A DNA stretch of 63,331 nucleotides, counting the filler, from Folioceros fuciformis (Eukaryota), in the NCBI GenBank assembly GCA_049999805.1. It is 11 parts of 11 records of this genome, joined end to end, with 100 filler letters (N's around TTAATTAATTAA, not from the genome) between each part and the next. Parts side by side here need not be neighbours in the genome. Positions count along the whole stretch, not along the records: positions 10,282 to 19,622 come from JBNGIO010003701.1; positions 19,723 to 21,911 come from JBNGIO010003702.1; positions 22,012 to 24,160 come from JBNGIO010003703.1; positions 24,261 to 35,370 come from JBNGIO010003704.1; 7 more parts are not named here. One strand, 5' to 3'. Both the position numbers and the translations under genes were made by a program. Of the stretch, positions 13,891-30,900 are shown one piece after another. Position 1 is the first letter of the stretch, and each line of letters begins with the position of its first letter. The notes under the pieces are model-generated. The model was not told where the DNA came from. It ran no database searches and was given only the letters and a program-made list of their open reading frames with translations.

Positions 13891-14529
13891 CTACGATCTT
13901 TCAAATCTTTTGAGTAGCACTAGTTGCTCATTCAGCCTTGCCTTTTAGCATGCTTTGGCAGGTCCTCCTCATTATTTGAGCAGGTAAGATTTTTTATCTC
14001 TTTTTCAGTAACATATACCAGATTTTTATAATAAAATCTTTACATACATATTCTGTATTCTAGAAAACATTTATTTAGAATTTAGCCGCAAGTAATAAAC
14101 AAGGAGTTGCTTAATTGCAAATCCCGAAGACAGGGGACATAGTCCTTACCGCACAAAGTTGACACCTCATCCTTTCTTCGTCGCGGCGAGGGCAAAGGTC
14201 CGTATTTTGCGACATACGTTCAGACGTAACTGCCGAAGAAATGGGAAGACCAGAATATGCACTTCGCCCTTCACAACATTGTCGGCCGGACACATCTACA
14301 GATGCCTCCAACGCCATCAGATTGCAGTTCACTCAAATGATGAGCTCGCACTTCGGAGCGCAGACACGACTCTGCACCCTTCAGTCACGGGCTAACATGA
14401 TCACTTTCGTAAGGGTCTAATATAAATTCTTTTCCATTCCCAGACGAGTTAGCCTGGAAACTGCCAGCCCAAAATGGGAAAATTGTGAGTTCCCTGTGGA
14501 ACCAAAATGAATGAAGAGGACCCAAACGC

Positions 14530-17213
<2,684 letters not shown>

Positions 17214-17580
17214 TCCGCTCCACAGCCTTCCCGAGCTGACCGGATTCTGCTTCTTCTTCGAAGCAGCCTTTTACACTAGACATCTATCCCCGTTTAACCA
17301 ACACGTACGTATTACAACCTGCGAGCGTTTAGGTCTCGTCAGTTGGATAAATTCGCGGTAGGGACGGCTGCGATTCTTTTTGATGATTTTGCATCTGAAA
17401 GCTCCGTCGTGGTGGGAATCGGGCTGCTGGCACCAAGCTTGCCATCAAGCCATTTGCGAAGCGGAAGAGGGGAGAGCAAGTCTGCTTGTAACGGCATGCG
17501 GCCAGGACTGAGGGAGGGATGGGTGTGGAGCTTCTTCCTTAGCATCTCCCTCCTGTAGTGGGTTCGAGAAGGGCGGAGCA
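17214..17580. promoter_or_regulatory. Shared divergent promoter/5' UTR region of ProRS and CFIm25
   Basis: Only 367 bp separate the two head-to-head ATGs. Confidence 0.7.
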
Positions 17581-18966
<1,386 letters not shown>

Positions 18967-19814
18967 CGTGCCTTCGCACGCAGACTGGGTAGCTTTTATC
19001 CGTTTATCTACTGAACGTATATAGCCATGGCGCCCTAGGACAATCCTGCATTCGAGTTCAAGTGTTTTTGTCATTCCTCTGTTCTTGAGGCGAGACGGAT
19101 GTGTCGCATTCTGATGTGCCCGAGCATGCTCGAGAGTGTCGGACTTCATATGCTTGGAAACAGGGTCCCGGCGTTGAAGTTTTGAAATAGTTCACCGATC
19201 TATGAGCCCATCGATACAGTTACCCGAACAGACCAGGTGATGATCCGGACGGGAATGTCTGTGAATGATAAGTGATAAGCCTTAGGGTTTCCGTCGCCGG
19301 CACCCGAGATTCAAGGTGTGCACGTGCCTGAAGAAAAAGGTGTTGGTCTCCATTGCCCACATGGAAACTAGGCGGCGTTTCCCAGTCCACTGACCTCGTT
19401 TGTTCTTGATTTCACAAATGATTAAAGAGGTTTATTATATATATGTATATGTTAGCATTGTTTTTGATGTATATGTGAATATAAAGTAGATGAAGTTGAT
19501 CTTGGGAGTACATCGTGTACATACGTATTTACGTATGTAGTGCACCTCGTCTCCATAGCGTAGGTCTGTACAGGAGTATGGTGGCTGGCCAGTCGGGGCC
19601 GTGTACTGGGAGCTCTCTGCGTNNNNNNNNNNNNNNNNNNNNNNNNNNNNNNNNNNNNNNNNNNNNTTAATTAATTAANNNNNNNNNNNNNNNNNNNNNN
19701 NNNNNNNNNNNNNNNNNNNNNNACTCTAGAATACACTCAAGTGTGTGCATCAAATGGCTACACTGCCAGTGTGCAAAACCCAACCAGGGCAAGGAGAAGC
19801 TAGCTGCAAAGTAC

Positions 19815-21628
19815 CTGTGCTGCGATATCCACTCCAATCTCATCAAGCACCTGCCAAGCACGATTACATGTGACTTCAGTACGCCAATTTTTGTTCCCAG
19901 AATACTCTCACAAATGATCACTTTTGACACTCATAGATTGCTCACCTGATTGGTGAGCTCATCAGTCTCCTCTTCACAGTTGTCNNNNNNNNNNNNNNNN
20001 NNNNNNNNNNNNNNNNNNNNNNNNNNNNNNNNNNNNNNNNNNNNNNNNNNNNNNNNNNNNNNNNNNNNNNNNNNNNNNNNNNNNATATGACATTTCAATC
20101 ACGCTGAGCATAAAGAGCGAACATCATTTTATGTGACCGACTCACAATGTGCAAGGATGGCGTAAAATGGAAGTGAACCGGCAAAACGAATACAAAACAC
20201 ACAGTACCGTCATGTCCATTTGGGCAGACTGCCGTTGAAACTCTTGCATAACTTTAGCCTGTTTGGCTGGTTCCATTTGCTGCAGAACAAGACGGAGTTC
20301 AGGCGTCCATAGGTCTGAGGGAAAACAAGTTTCACATCAACGGTAGCATTAAGGTCACCACACTATGCGATAATGACCTTATTCATAGCCTTTAGGGCTT
20401 TGCCTGCCCCTTCCATGGCACCGGCCACAGCTGTGTTGGTGTACATCGCCTACATCCCCAGAAGAGTCACACATACAGCAAAACAATGTTAGGTTCCAAC
20501 CTAGTAACCCCCTCACACTCAAAACGCTCAAGCACTCTTCTCGCTTGCCAAAGCTATGCAGTTGTGGGTCTATAATTGTCTGAAGACAACTAAGGACCTC
20601 ATGGAATGTCCTAGATCAATCATGTCAGCACCTGCGTGTGGGTTGCAATTCCCCTCATCTGAGCTCTGCTACCCTGCAGCTTGGCAATTTGCTGCCTTAG
20701 CCGGATCAGCTGCCTTGCAAGAATTTTAGCTGCAGCCTGCACGCAGCAACCATTCAGTGAACTCCTCAACCCTTGCTGCAGATTGTGACAACAGCCTGAT
20801 ATCCAGCATTAACTTGAAGCCTCCGCAACTCCAGTTCCCTCACAGTACATTGCATAATCAACTCGCGGTCAAACAGCCATTGTCCCTGTCCTACAAAGAG
20901 GTTCACTCATATGATTCATTGCCCACTCGACCTCGTTCCCAGTCTTGGCTGTTTTCTTAATTTCAGCCACAAGCTTCTTCTCCTGCAAAATCGAGAAAAA
21001 AAGAGTCGTAAGCGTTGCTCAAAAGGTGAAAAGTAAGAGTTTCCATCAAAAGGCACCCATGCACTGACAGCAAGTGTTCAAGGCAGGTGCTAACCTCAAG
21101 CTGCAGCGCTCCTATCTCCCTCTCTATTCCTACGACACGGCATGAGAACCAGTGCCATTGTCAGCAGATAGGGGCACACTTACGAGCTCAATCCACTGCC
21201 AGCTCAGGCAGATTGGCGAACCCTTAGTGTGAGCAAATTTGCACAGTAAACCAACACCAGCCAATGCTTTGATGGAGAAAGCATCATCGCTGAATAACTG
21301 CCAAGCAACCTAGGGCACACACACACAATCAACAAACTGCAGCAGCAACAGTCAGGGCTCAGTCTTATCACCCTAGCTCACCTCTCGTTGCAACAGCCAT
21401 CTCCCTTTTGCTTGTCCGTAAAGCATCTGCCAAATCACCAACACGGCCATCACCACCAAAGTCTCAAAAGGCATCTCAGAAGCCAGGTGAACCCTTGGCT
21501 CTTGCCTCCTGAAGTCAATTGCCCGAGAGCTATCTACAGCTCGGCAACCTTCTCTACAGGACTTCCCGATACGAGGAAGGAAGGTGACAGCACGCACCTT
21601 TAGCGGAGGGCTTTTTGAAGATGTTCAT
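19815..21628 (-). CDS. VPS2: ESCRT-III VPS2/CHMP2-family protein (VPS2.2/2.3-like), multi-exon, 3' end missing at contig edge, part lost in an N gap
   Basis: Hand-spliced exons: MNIFKKPSAK / DALRTSKREMAVATR / GIEREIGALQLE / EKKLVAEIKKTAKTGNE / AAAKILARQLIRLRQQIAKLQGSRAQMRGIATHTQ / AMYTNTAVAGAMEGAGKALKAMNK / EEETDELTNQ / VLDEIGVDIAAQ. Confidence 0.92.
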
Positions 21629-24010
21629 CCTGCTGACACCGGCTACGCCCGCAAAGTGTAGAGCGCAATCCGATCAATCCAAGGCGATTAATCAGCACGC
21701 AATCAGACCCGGTTCACGTCCAGACCGAGCAGCAACGAGCGGCAGGGGAAGTAGCAGAGGCCGCGGCGCATTCGTCCCGAGCACAGGAACTGGAAGGAGG
21801 TCGCTGCCATACCCATACGCTGTCGTCAAGGACAGTGCTAAATGCAACAGGGCCAGCACCGTTGCAGCGATGCTCCATGCTTCTAACGGCTACTCCGCTT
21901 TCTACCTGGGTNNNNNNNNNNNNNNNNNNNNNNNNNNNNNNNNNNNNNNNNNNNNTTAATTAATTAANNNNNNNNNNNNNNNNNNNNNNNNNNNNNNNNN
22001 NNNNNNNNNNNGGTAGGATCGCGGGCAGCGTGTTGCCGGTTGTATAGTGTCTGGTAGGATCACAAGGTGTAATGACCAGGGTGAAGGGGCTTGCCCCTAG
22101 CTCTTGATTGTAAAGGGTGTGTCTTCCTCTCGACCTGTCCACTCTTGTTCCTTGCTTGGTCAAGTGTTGTAGGCCGGCCATGTCTCATGGCGTCTGGTAA
22201 GGTTGTGGGGAGGAGATACCCAAGAGGGGAGTGTGTTCCCTTCTTCCTTTTGTTTGGGGTTAGTCTAGTGACTCTTGCCGGGTAGGAGGAGTCCGTAGGG
22301 AAGTGTAGAAGNNNNNNNNNNNNNNNNNNNNNNNNNNNNNNNNNNNNNNNNNNNNNNNNNNNNNNNNNNNNNNNNNNNNNNNNNNNNNNNNNNNNNNNNN
22401 NNNNNNNNNNNGAGTGAGTTTGTGGGCACCGAGAGAGGTGCAGCTGACCGCCGGACAGCGAGGCCTGTCCTACGCCTGATCGGAGCTGGAGGGGAGCCCT
22501 CGAATCCATCATCGAGTCGATCAAGTCCGACCCTCCATCCACAGCAGCAAGGAACCCCATCGCTCCTTCGTGGGAACGAAACCCAATGTCTCAACGACAG
22601 TGGGATAAGTGTGGCCACTAAAGGTGGAATCCGTCGGCAATTAGTGCCCGGGGTTTTGCCTCCACAAGGTAGATGAATAATAGGCATCTAAGGAGGAAAT
22701 TTCACCTCTAGAATGTACATGAAGTGTTCTTGAATGAGGTGGTCATCTTCTATTACAACTTTAATTTGACCTCCCGTAAGCATGTGTACATATACACAAT
22801 ACACAAAAAGGTAAACGCAAAAGTTAAATGAGTCATGGGGCTATATTGAGCCCCAAAATGAAGTTGGTCTTAGTAAAATTGAGGTTCAGAGTGAAATGAT
22901 GATAAACCAAAATGGCAGATTGCATAAACTAGCAACTTCACTATACTCTTGCATATGCAACCCAGAGAAAAGGGTGTAGTTGAACAATGGACAATAATGA
23001 AACTTGTAAGAGATGTAAGGTGGAAGAAGAGCTATAACATGAACGTGTAGATGCATCCCATACCCTAAAAGGTTGTAGACAATATACTTCCACAAATGAT
23101 AGGATGAAGAAAGATCATGAGAGGTTATGTGCTACTAACTATTTGTAGGGTCCATCAATATTGGGTTACCCACATACAACATCTTGACACTAGACACCAT
23201 GAAGTATGTGAATCCACATGTAGAGTAATACCCTAGTACAAGAAGAGTAGTTAAGGCCACATACCATTGCCTTTTGAAGACCCATCAGGAAGATTCATGC
23301 AACTTATACCATGGAAGTTGTATCATGCAAAAAAGATAGTAGGTGCTGTTGTTTGAGCTCACTTTGTCCTAATGGAGTGAACTGCTGGATGACAAGTGTT
23401 CATAAGAGTGATGGATAGTTAGAAAAAGATAGAATGAAAAAGATTGAACCTTTAAGTCTCACATCGACGATTTCAACCAAACTAGACGATTTCAACCCAA
23501 CTATAGACGTGTCGTGGAGACTGGCCAATGCCTTGGGCTACTCCACCCCTCCTTGTTCACACTCACAATTGAATGCAAGCGGGGAGAGCACTACTCAACC
23601 CTACACATAGTTACTATAGTCAACTTGTTTGTGGCCTTTTAGTCCAAGTGTTAGTATGGACTTGCTAACATTTTGATCGTCCTACACGTGCTTTTAATGG
23701 GAAATTAATACACTAGCCAAAAGGGTGAGTAATATAAGCTCTATTTCACTAAAACTTTAAAGGATGTGTCAGTACAAACTTGCTCTTTAATTTGGTTGGG
23801 TATTACCTCTAACAATAAATGCTTGAATCTTTAATTTGGTTGGGTATTACCTCTAACAATAAATACTTGAAAGCATTCCTATGTACCATGATTATCAAAG
23901 ATTTTTTTTTTGTTTCGACAACCATTCAACCCTTCATAAACAATCTTTGAGGTTTATTATATACATGATTCTCATTATGTTTATTAACCTCTTTGCAAGT
24001 TTCTATTAAT

Positions 24011-24160
24011 CCCCTTCCAAGTTTCTCATGTTGTAATTATGGATTGTCTTTCGGTAATTCCTTGGTTATAACTATTGGCCCTTCACCCCTTCCAAGTTTC
24101 TCATGTTGTAATTATGGATTGTCTTTCGGTAATTCCTTGGTTATAACTATTGGCCCTTCA
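24011..24160 (+). repeat. Exact 75-bp tandem duplication at contig end
   Basis: CCCCTTCCAAGTTTCTCATG...GGCCCTTCA occurs twice (24011 and 24086). Confidence 0.85.
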
Positions 24161-24260
24161 NNNNNNNNNNNNNNNNNNNNNNNNNNNNNNNNNNNNNNNN
24201 NNNNTTAATTAATTAANNNNNNNNNNNNNNNNNNNNNNNNNNNNNNNNNNNNNNNNNNNN

Positions 24261-24927
24261 TCCCTTGCCTTCATCCTCCTTCTCCCTTGCCTTCATCCTC
24301 CTTCTCCTTGTCTCTCTTGCTCCTTGGTCCTTCTTGCTCCTTGCTCTCTCTTGCTCCTTGCTCCCTCTTGCTCCCTTGCTCCCTCTTGCTCCCTTGCTCC
24401 CTCTTGCTCCTTGCTCCCTCTTGCTCTCTCTTTCCACCTTTGCTTAGGCCTCCTTGCTCCCTCCTCCTTCTCTTCCTTTAGGCCCATCCAAGTCCTACAT
24501 TGTGATTGGCCTTCTCTTGCTTTGGGCCCATCCACGTCNNNNNNNNNNCCACGTCCTACATTGTGATTGGCCTTCTCTTGCTTTGGGCCCATCCAAGTCC
24601 TGCATTGTGATATTGGCCTTCTCTTGCTTTGGGCCCATCGAAGCCCTGCATTGTGATTGGCTTTCTTTTGCTTTGGGCCCATCCAAGTCCTACATTGTGA
24701 TTGGCGTTCTTTTGCTTTGTGATTGGATAAATTAGATATTAATATTATCCATACTATTTTAAGCATATTATATTATATATATAAATAAAAATAATATTTA
24801 TAAAATTGGATTATAATGATTGAAAGTATTTATTTTCTTAAAACAAGTAATATATAATATTTATAAAAATAATATTTAACCTTACTCCCCAACTAGGGAG
24901 TACCAAACCATTTAGAGGGAGGTCACA
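24261..24927 (-). repeat. LTR-like fragment: pyrimidine-rich tract, about five 44-bp tandem units, AT-rich tract, terminus GGAGGTCACA
   Basis: Unit GGCCCATCCAAGTCCTACATTGTGATTGGCCTTCTCTTGCTTTG (24481-24725); layout and terminus resemble repeat X (GGAGGTTCACA at 36188). Confidence 0.55.
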
Positions 24928-27900
24928 TTTACAGAGGGCGGACTGTATCTGGAGGTCCTCCTACAGTGGGGGAATCGGAAGACTGGGTGGTACGAGTAAC
25001 AGGCTGTCCCCCAACGTATGTCTTCCCGAAGGCAAATGGTTCTTTTCAGATTATGTGCGACGAGGCAGTTGGAGCCCAGACCCTCTTGCAAACAACGGAG
25101 TCATTTCGAGGATCTATCCCAGTGCTGGTGGAGGCCTGGTCTCCAAGGAATACGATCATGCACGAATCTTATGGGTGGGTCTCCCGGCCTTGCCTGTTCA
25201 ACTCGTCCCAACGATCGGCCAGATGTTGGGGGTTATTGGTAGGGTGGTGGAAGTGCTTAAGGTGGATTCTCACTTCTTCAATAGCAGTAAGCCGCCACGC
25301 TTTGGTGTAAGAGTAGATAGCCTTCTCGCTTTGCCGGAAGGTGTTGTCGTACGGGATCCGGAAGACCCTACCAAATGTTTCACGCAGCTTTTCGATTATC
25401 CCGATTTGCCCATCAGGTGCGGAGTGTGTGGCGTGCATAACCATCTGAAGCAGAATTGTCCGATTCGGGCTGGTAAGGGAGGTGGGAGTGACAAAGCTGA
25501 GACAGTGCCCTTAGGCCCACTACCGGGTTTTAATTGTGCTCCTAAGAAGTCTTTGAGGACTAACCCTGGATCGCAGCAATGGGCAAGCAAAGTGCAGCAA
25601 GACTTCTTCTCGGGGAACGATGGCGTTGGCAGCACGCAGATTAAATTGTGCGTGCTCTTGAAGAAGAAGGTGGACAAAACTTATTTCTACTGGATGCCTA
25701 AGGTGGGGGAGCTCAGAGCCGTGCCTACCCGCTCCTTCCAGATAGGGTCAATGTCTGGGGAGCAGTTTCCTGCGTCAACTCAGTAAAGTTGAAGGTAAAG
25801 GACATGCTCCAGGCGGGCCTGGGGTTTGAGGAGCAAGTTGCGAGAAGGTCTCTTACAGAAGCTCGGCACAATATGGTGTGTCACAGGCTGGAGGATAGCT
25901 CCTCGATCTTATATGTCAACACACTGATTGAGTTGAGTGAGGAGTATCGTCTTCAGGACGTTAACGTGTCGTAGTGGATGGGGGAGCCCCAAGTTCTGGC
26001 TTATATTAAGGATGCAAAGTTTGGCAAAGCTAGAGTTACGCTTGCATCCAGAGTGGTATTCAAGGCTCATCTTGGCTTTTTGGGGCTTCTCAAGGCTCCG
26101 ATCTCAATCAAACTCCCAGGCTCCCGGGAACTCATATGGGAAGAAGATTTGGTGGTGGGAGGTGCTGTACCTATGGAGGAGGACCCTAAGTAACGAGGAG
26201 CCCAAACAGAGGGTGGTGTTCTCCCCAGCAAAAGGGCTCAGCGTTCCGTCTAAGGAGATCAAGGATACAAGTGGTGAGCCTGCCCAAAGGAAGGACGGTA
26301 AGGTGGCAACCCAACAAATGTTGACCCAGTCTCGCACACCTGAGAAACAGAGACCGGAGCGGCACTTGAAGCTGGACACACACAGGGGAGTTCTGAGGGA
26401 GTATCAAAACCCCAAGAATGGGGAACACACAGTGCTTAGAGCTAGGCTGGAGTTTGATGAGCTGACGACACTCCAGGAGGGTGTTGAGGACGGTGGGAGT
26501 GTCCCACAGTGCATGCAGGTGCTTGGAGCAGAGATGAGTCCGGAACGTGTTCAAGGACCAGAGGCTAAAGTTGCTCATGTGGCTCAGCAAGGCGAAGAGA
26601 ATCGGTCAAGGGACAAGTTGCATGAAAGGGGTAGGGTGGCTCGATGGGAAGGCGGGAGATCCTTCAACTCTGGCGGCAACAGTAGGCCTCTCAGGAGGGT
26701 GCAGGGGGTAACGTGAGCGGTGGGGGCATGGCGGCGAGTTAATCAGATGGTGGAGCCAGTGCTGTTGAACAGCCTAGGCAGCTTCTACAAATGCTCATGA
26801 GGCAGTGGGCAGATGGCGAACACGTTCCTTTGGTTCTTAACGGCGCCGGGGCGGGTACGGATGGTGCCTCACAACAAGTTTATGAAGCAGAGGCGGAACC
26901 TGGATGGGAGTGCTGGAGGGCTGAGTCCGTCCCGGCTCTCGAGGCGGGGCGGGAACAAGGTGGTGTTCGTCGGAGGGACTGTGGACAACACAGTGGAAAA
27001 GACCATGGGGCTTATGGGCTTTACTCTCATGCCAGATCTGGAGCACAAAGAGTCGTTGGAAGCACTGCAGGGTGCGATTAGTCAGGCTGGGGGAAAACGG
27101 GAGACCAGCTGATCTCCACCGACAAAGATGTACAAGCTGGGTTTTTTCAGGAAGAGAGGGAGGTGTTGGCTGGCAGTCTCAATGGCTTGCTCCAGGTGGC
27201 ATCTGCTGACGTAATTCTTGGGGACTACACGAAGGGAGGAAAGGGGGAGGGCTCAGCCTGTGAGCAAAGGATGAGCTTTGAGGAGACGGATGCGTTGACA
27301 GCAGGTGAACGGGAGGCAGCAAGGCAAATTAAAAGGTCCCTGGCATTCAGAACCGAGAAGGTGGAGGGTTTTTTCACGGGCGTTGCTTCTGAAGTCGTAG
27401 CCAGCTGTGGAGCCTCGTCGGATCTACCATCTCAGGCCCCTCCCCTACGGGGCTTGGAGATTTTGTCTCCTTCGAACATGCGCTGGGGATCAGAGTTTGG
27501 AAATTCGCACACGGCGGTGGGCGAGGTGTTGGGGAAGAATTCTGAGGTGGGAGAACTGCCGATCGCCAGGTTCCGCAATTCCCAGGCGGGGACTTCTCAG
27601 GGAAGGGAGGTGGTTTCGACCGAAATCCCCTAGGCCAAGCTCAGAAATGAGATTTCTGGTACAGCTCTCGGTGTGGTTGGCGTGGGAGATCAAGTGGAGG
27701 ATCATCTGCGTGAAAGAAAAGGCAGTGGGCCTGAATCCTCTAGGGGACTGGGGACTAGCAGTGAGCGTCCGGTCCAGCAAGGGGAGAAGAATCTTGTGTC
27801 GAATGAAGCGCCAGCAAGGGGAAGGCCAGCCACAGTTGGTCACAGGTTGCTGGGGCACTTCTGGTCATAGCGCAACAGGTCGCTGAGGACCAGACAAAGC

Positions 27901-30900
27901 AGACCCTGCCAGCGCTCAAGTTTCAGCAGGATGAAGAACCACGCGACTCTTCTCTTCTGAACAACACGGTTGCAGGGGGTGGTCGATGTGGACGGGAGAT
28001 TCAGGGCGATCAGCTGGTATCCAGAGCCAGCGAGGATTAGGTCGAGTCCTTTCAGGGAGGGGCGGCGTCTTCGCCTGATAGCGTCACAGCTACCCACATG
28101 GCGACTGAGGGGAAGGGTGCTGAGGAGATGGAGCTGCTGGACACAGTTGGGCAGGTCGTGGAGGACCAGACAAAGCAAATTCTGGCAGTGTTCATGGCTC
28201 AGATGAATGAAGAATCACACGACTCTTCTATGCTGAACATCACGGGTTCGTGTTGGGAAGTTGGTACACAATCAAAGCTCGAAGTTGCTAAGGACCCCCT
28301 AGGGGTTGTCTTGCAGGGTGCTTCCTCCCCGTTCCTGGAGGCGGGGCTGGAGCGAGGTGGAGTGGAGTTTGTCAGGACACTTGTGGCAGGTTTTGCATGG
28401 GTGACGGACGGGATGCTGAAAAATCTTGCATCCAGGTTTGAGGAGGAGAATGGTGCGCTCTTAGGCGGTGCCTCGGTCGCTGGTACCGTCTTTGGAGCAC
28501 CCCCAAGGGTGAACATGCATGGCGCTTCTTTCCTGTCCAGGGCGGCTTCTGGGACAATTCTCGGAGCTGCCAATGTGGGTGATCATGTGGAGGAAGAGGT
28601 TTGTGGATAGGGATTAATATCTGAAGTACAGGATGAGCTGTGCATAGATGGACGGGAGATTGGAGAGGCAAAACGTCCCCCAGGCGCCAGAAACGAAGTG
28701 GGGAATTGGACTTACAAAGGCGTTGTGACAGAGGTGGTCACCGGCACAGGAGCACCGTCGGGTCCTTCCGCTCAGGAGCCCAGGCCTCAAGGCTGGGAGA
28801 TGCAGCTTCCTTCGGTCTCCAACATGGAGCCGGGGCCTGGAACACTGGTAAGGGTGGTGGGTGAAGCAGCTGAAAAACCTTCAGAGGTTGGACGCCAGCA
28901 AATCCTCAGGGGCTGGGAGATTCAGGCTAGCCTTGGGGTCGCTCACAGGAGTGGGTTAAAAGGGTCCCCTGTCTCCAGGAGTGTGGAGGAAGAAAGGGAG
29001 TCCACTAGGAAATTTGCATTTTCCGACACCGAGATTGGTGCAACAACGGTTGTGCCCTCTCAGGGAGTATGGGGGCACGACTCGGAGTCGTTGTCGCCGC
29101 CGGGCTTGAGCCGGGGGCCAGGGCCAGGGATTCTTGCAGAGGCAGTGGGTGAGGGTGTGGGGAAGGTTTCTGCCTTGAATTTCCATGGGCAAAGGCGTCT
29201 CGGCTCTTCGGTGTTGGACTCAACACTAGTCAGCGAGTTGGCGCTGGCCTCCCAATCACTGGAACAACAGTCGGGCCCTGGCCCCGCTGGAGATCTGGAT
29301 CCGGCCGTGAGATCGGTTCTAGCTTCCGCAACTGAGCTAACGGAGCTAGTGTCTAGTTGCATACCAGCCAAGCCAAAAAAACGCGGAGGCCTATGTGGGG
29401 AAGAGGACCAGGACCTCAGAGGATATGTTAGCAGGGTGTAAGCAGCAGGACCAGATTGCTGTGGCCAAAGCAAGGAAAGCGTTGAACAGGGTGGTTCAGC
29501 AGATGGCCATGGACATAACGTCATGGACATAACGTCCCCGGAAGGAAAACAGGTCAAAGTGGTGGAAGAGCAAAGGGGTGGATACCGGATGCAAGGATGC
29601 AAGGGAAGGGCTCAGTCAGTCTGACAAAGGCGTTGTCTGATGGCGGAAGCTCCATCATGCGTGAGAACGCAGTTTATGCTTCTGAGGACGACCTGTTCTC
29701 AACTCCACGTACAGACGTTGATGAAGAGGGTGAGCCTGTTTGGCATGAGGTTCAGGCTGTTTTTTCTGGGGATGAAGGATGTCTCTCTCCGATTCGTTCA
29801 TGGGAGAAGAGCCAGGATCAGGCTATGATGGTGAAACAAGGGTTCTACGCGTTTGAGCAGGAGAATACTAGAGTGAGGAGTGGACAGGGAAGTCGGACGC
29901 CAGAAAAAGTAACCAAGCGGAAAGGCAAACCTTTCTCAGTTCACCTAACGGTTACGAGGAAGATTCATTCACATACTTGTACTGGATAAGTTAGGATATA
30001 TCCAGTTAGGATACGAGGGGGAGCTGCTTCCTATCCTCATTCTATTGCAGCAGCTTCACTTAGGGCAGGAAAAGATCTTTGCAGCATTTTCATCTAGAGG
30101 TGTTCTTGCGAGCAAGGAAGGCAAGGAGGTGGAGTTCTTCAGTGGGGTTCTTCAGACGGGTGAGCATTATTTTGCTGATATCCATCTAAAATAGGCATGT
30201 GGGCCAACTATGCCGCCTATTCTTGACTGGAGGTGGTCCTTAGGGTCCCAAACCTGCTGCGGTCAGGAGATTCTCAAGCAAGATTGTTTAAATGGGTATT
30301 GATACCCTAAAAAACTATGAGAGGGGGTCTTGCGAATCATTTCATGGAATGTTAGAGGTTTGGGGGGTTGGTCAAAGACAGCCTTGAAGTGCAGATTGAA
30401 TGAAGTACTTGTTAGAAGAGGAAGTCACCATTGTTAGAAGAGGAAGTCACTTAGGATATTGTTTGTCTACAGGAGCATAAACTTTCTACTAAGCATAATC
30501 AGAGAGCGAAGAAGGTTTTCCTTGAAGAAGGTTTTCCTTCTAGGTAGAACAGAATGGGTTTTCCTTCCAGGTAGAACAGAATGGGTGGCAGCCAGAGCAG
30601 AAGATGTAAATAATGGGGAGCATTCAACTCAGCGAGTATCAGCAACCCGGGGAGGCGTGTCCATAACTATTCACCCAGAACACTCTCACAAGATCTTGGA
30701 GATGGGTCATGATGATGGTGGAAGGGTTGTGTGGCTGGTGATGCAAACACCTTAAGGCCCACTCGGCATATGTAACATCTATGCTCCCAAAGCTGCCACC
30801 GATAGGAGCAATCTCTAGTGCAGGTTGGGGGAACATCCGGATGAGCAAATCCCGTGGATGCTGGCTGGGGACTTCAACTTTGTTGAAAAATGGGAAGATA

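Noticed and set aside
22012-23600. Possible LTR end (CCACA near 22666) and Copia RNaseH-like trace near 23250-23290
   Set aside because: Motifs are short and frameshifted; cannot be assigned with confidence
23785-24160. Short tandem duplications (about 44 bp and 75 bp)
   Set aside because: Two-copy duplications near a contig end; slippage or assembly artefact is likely
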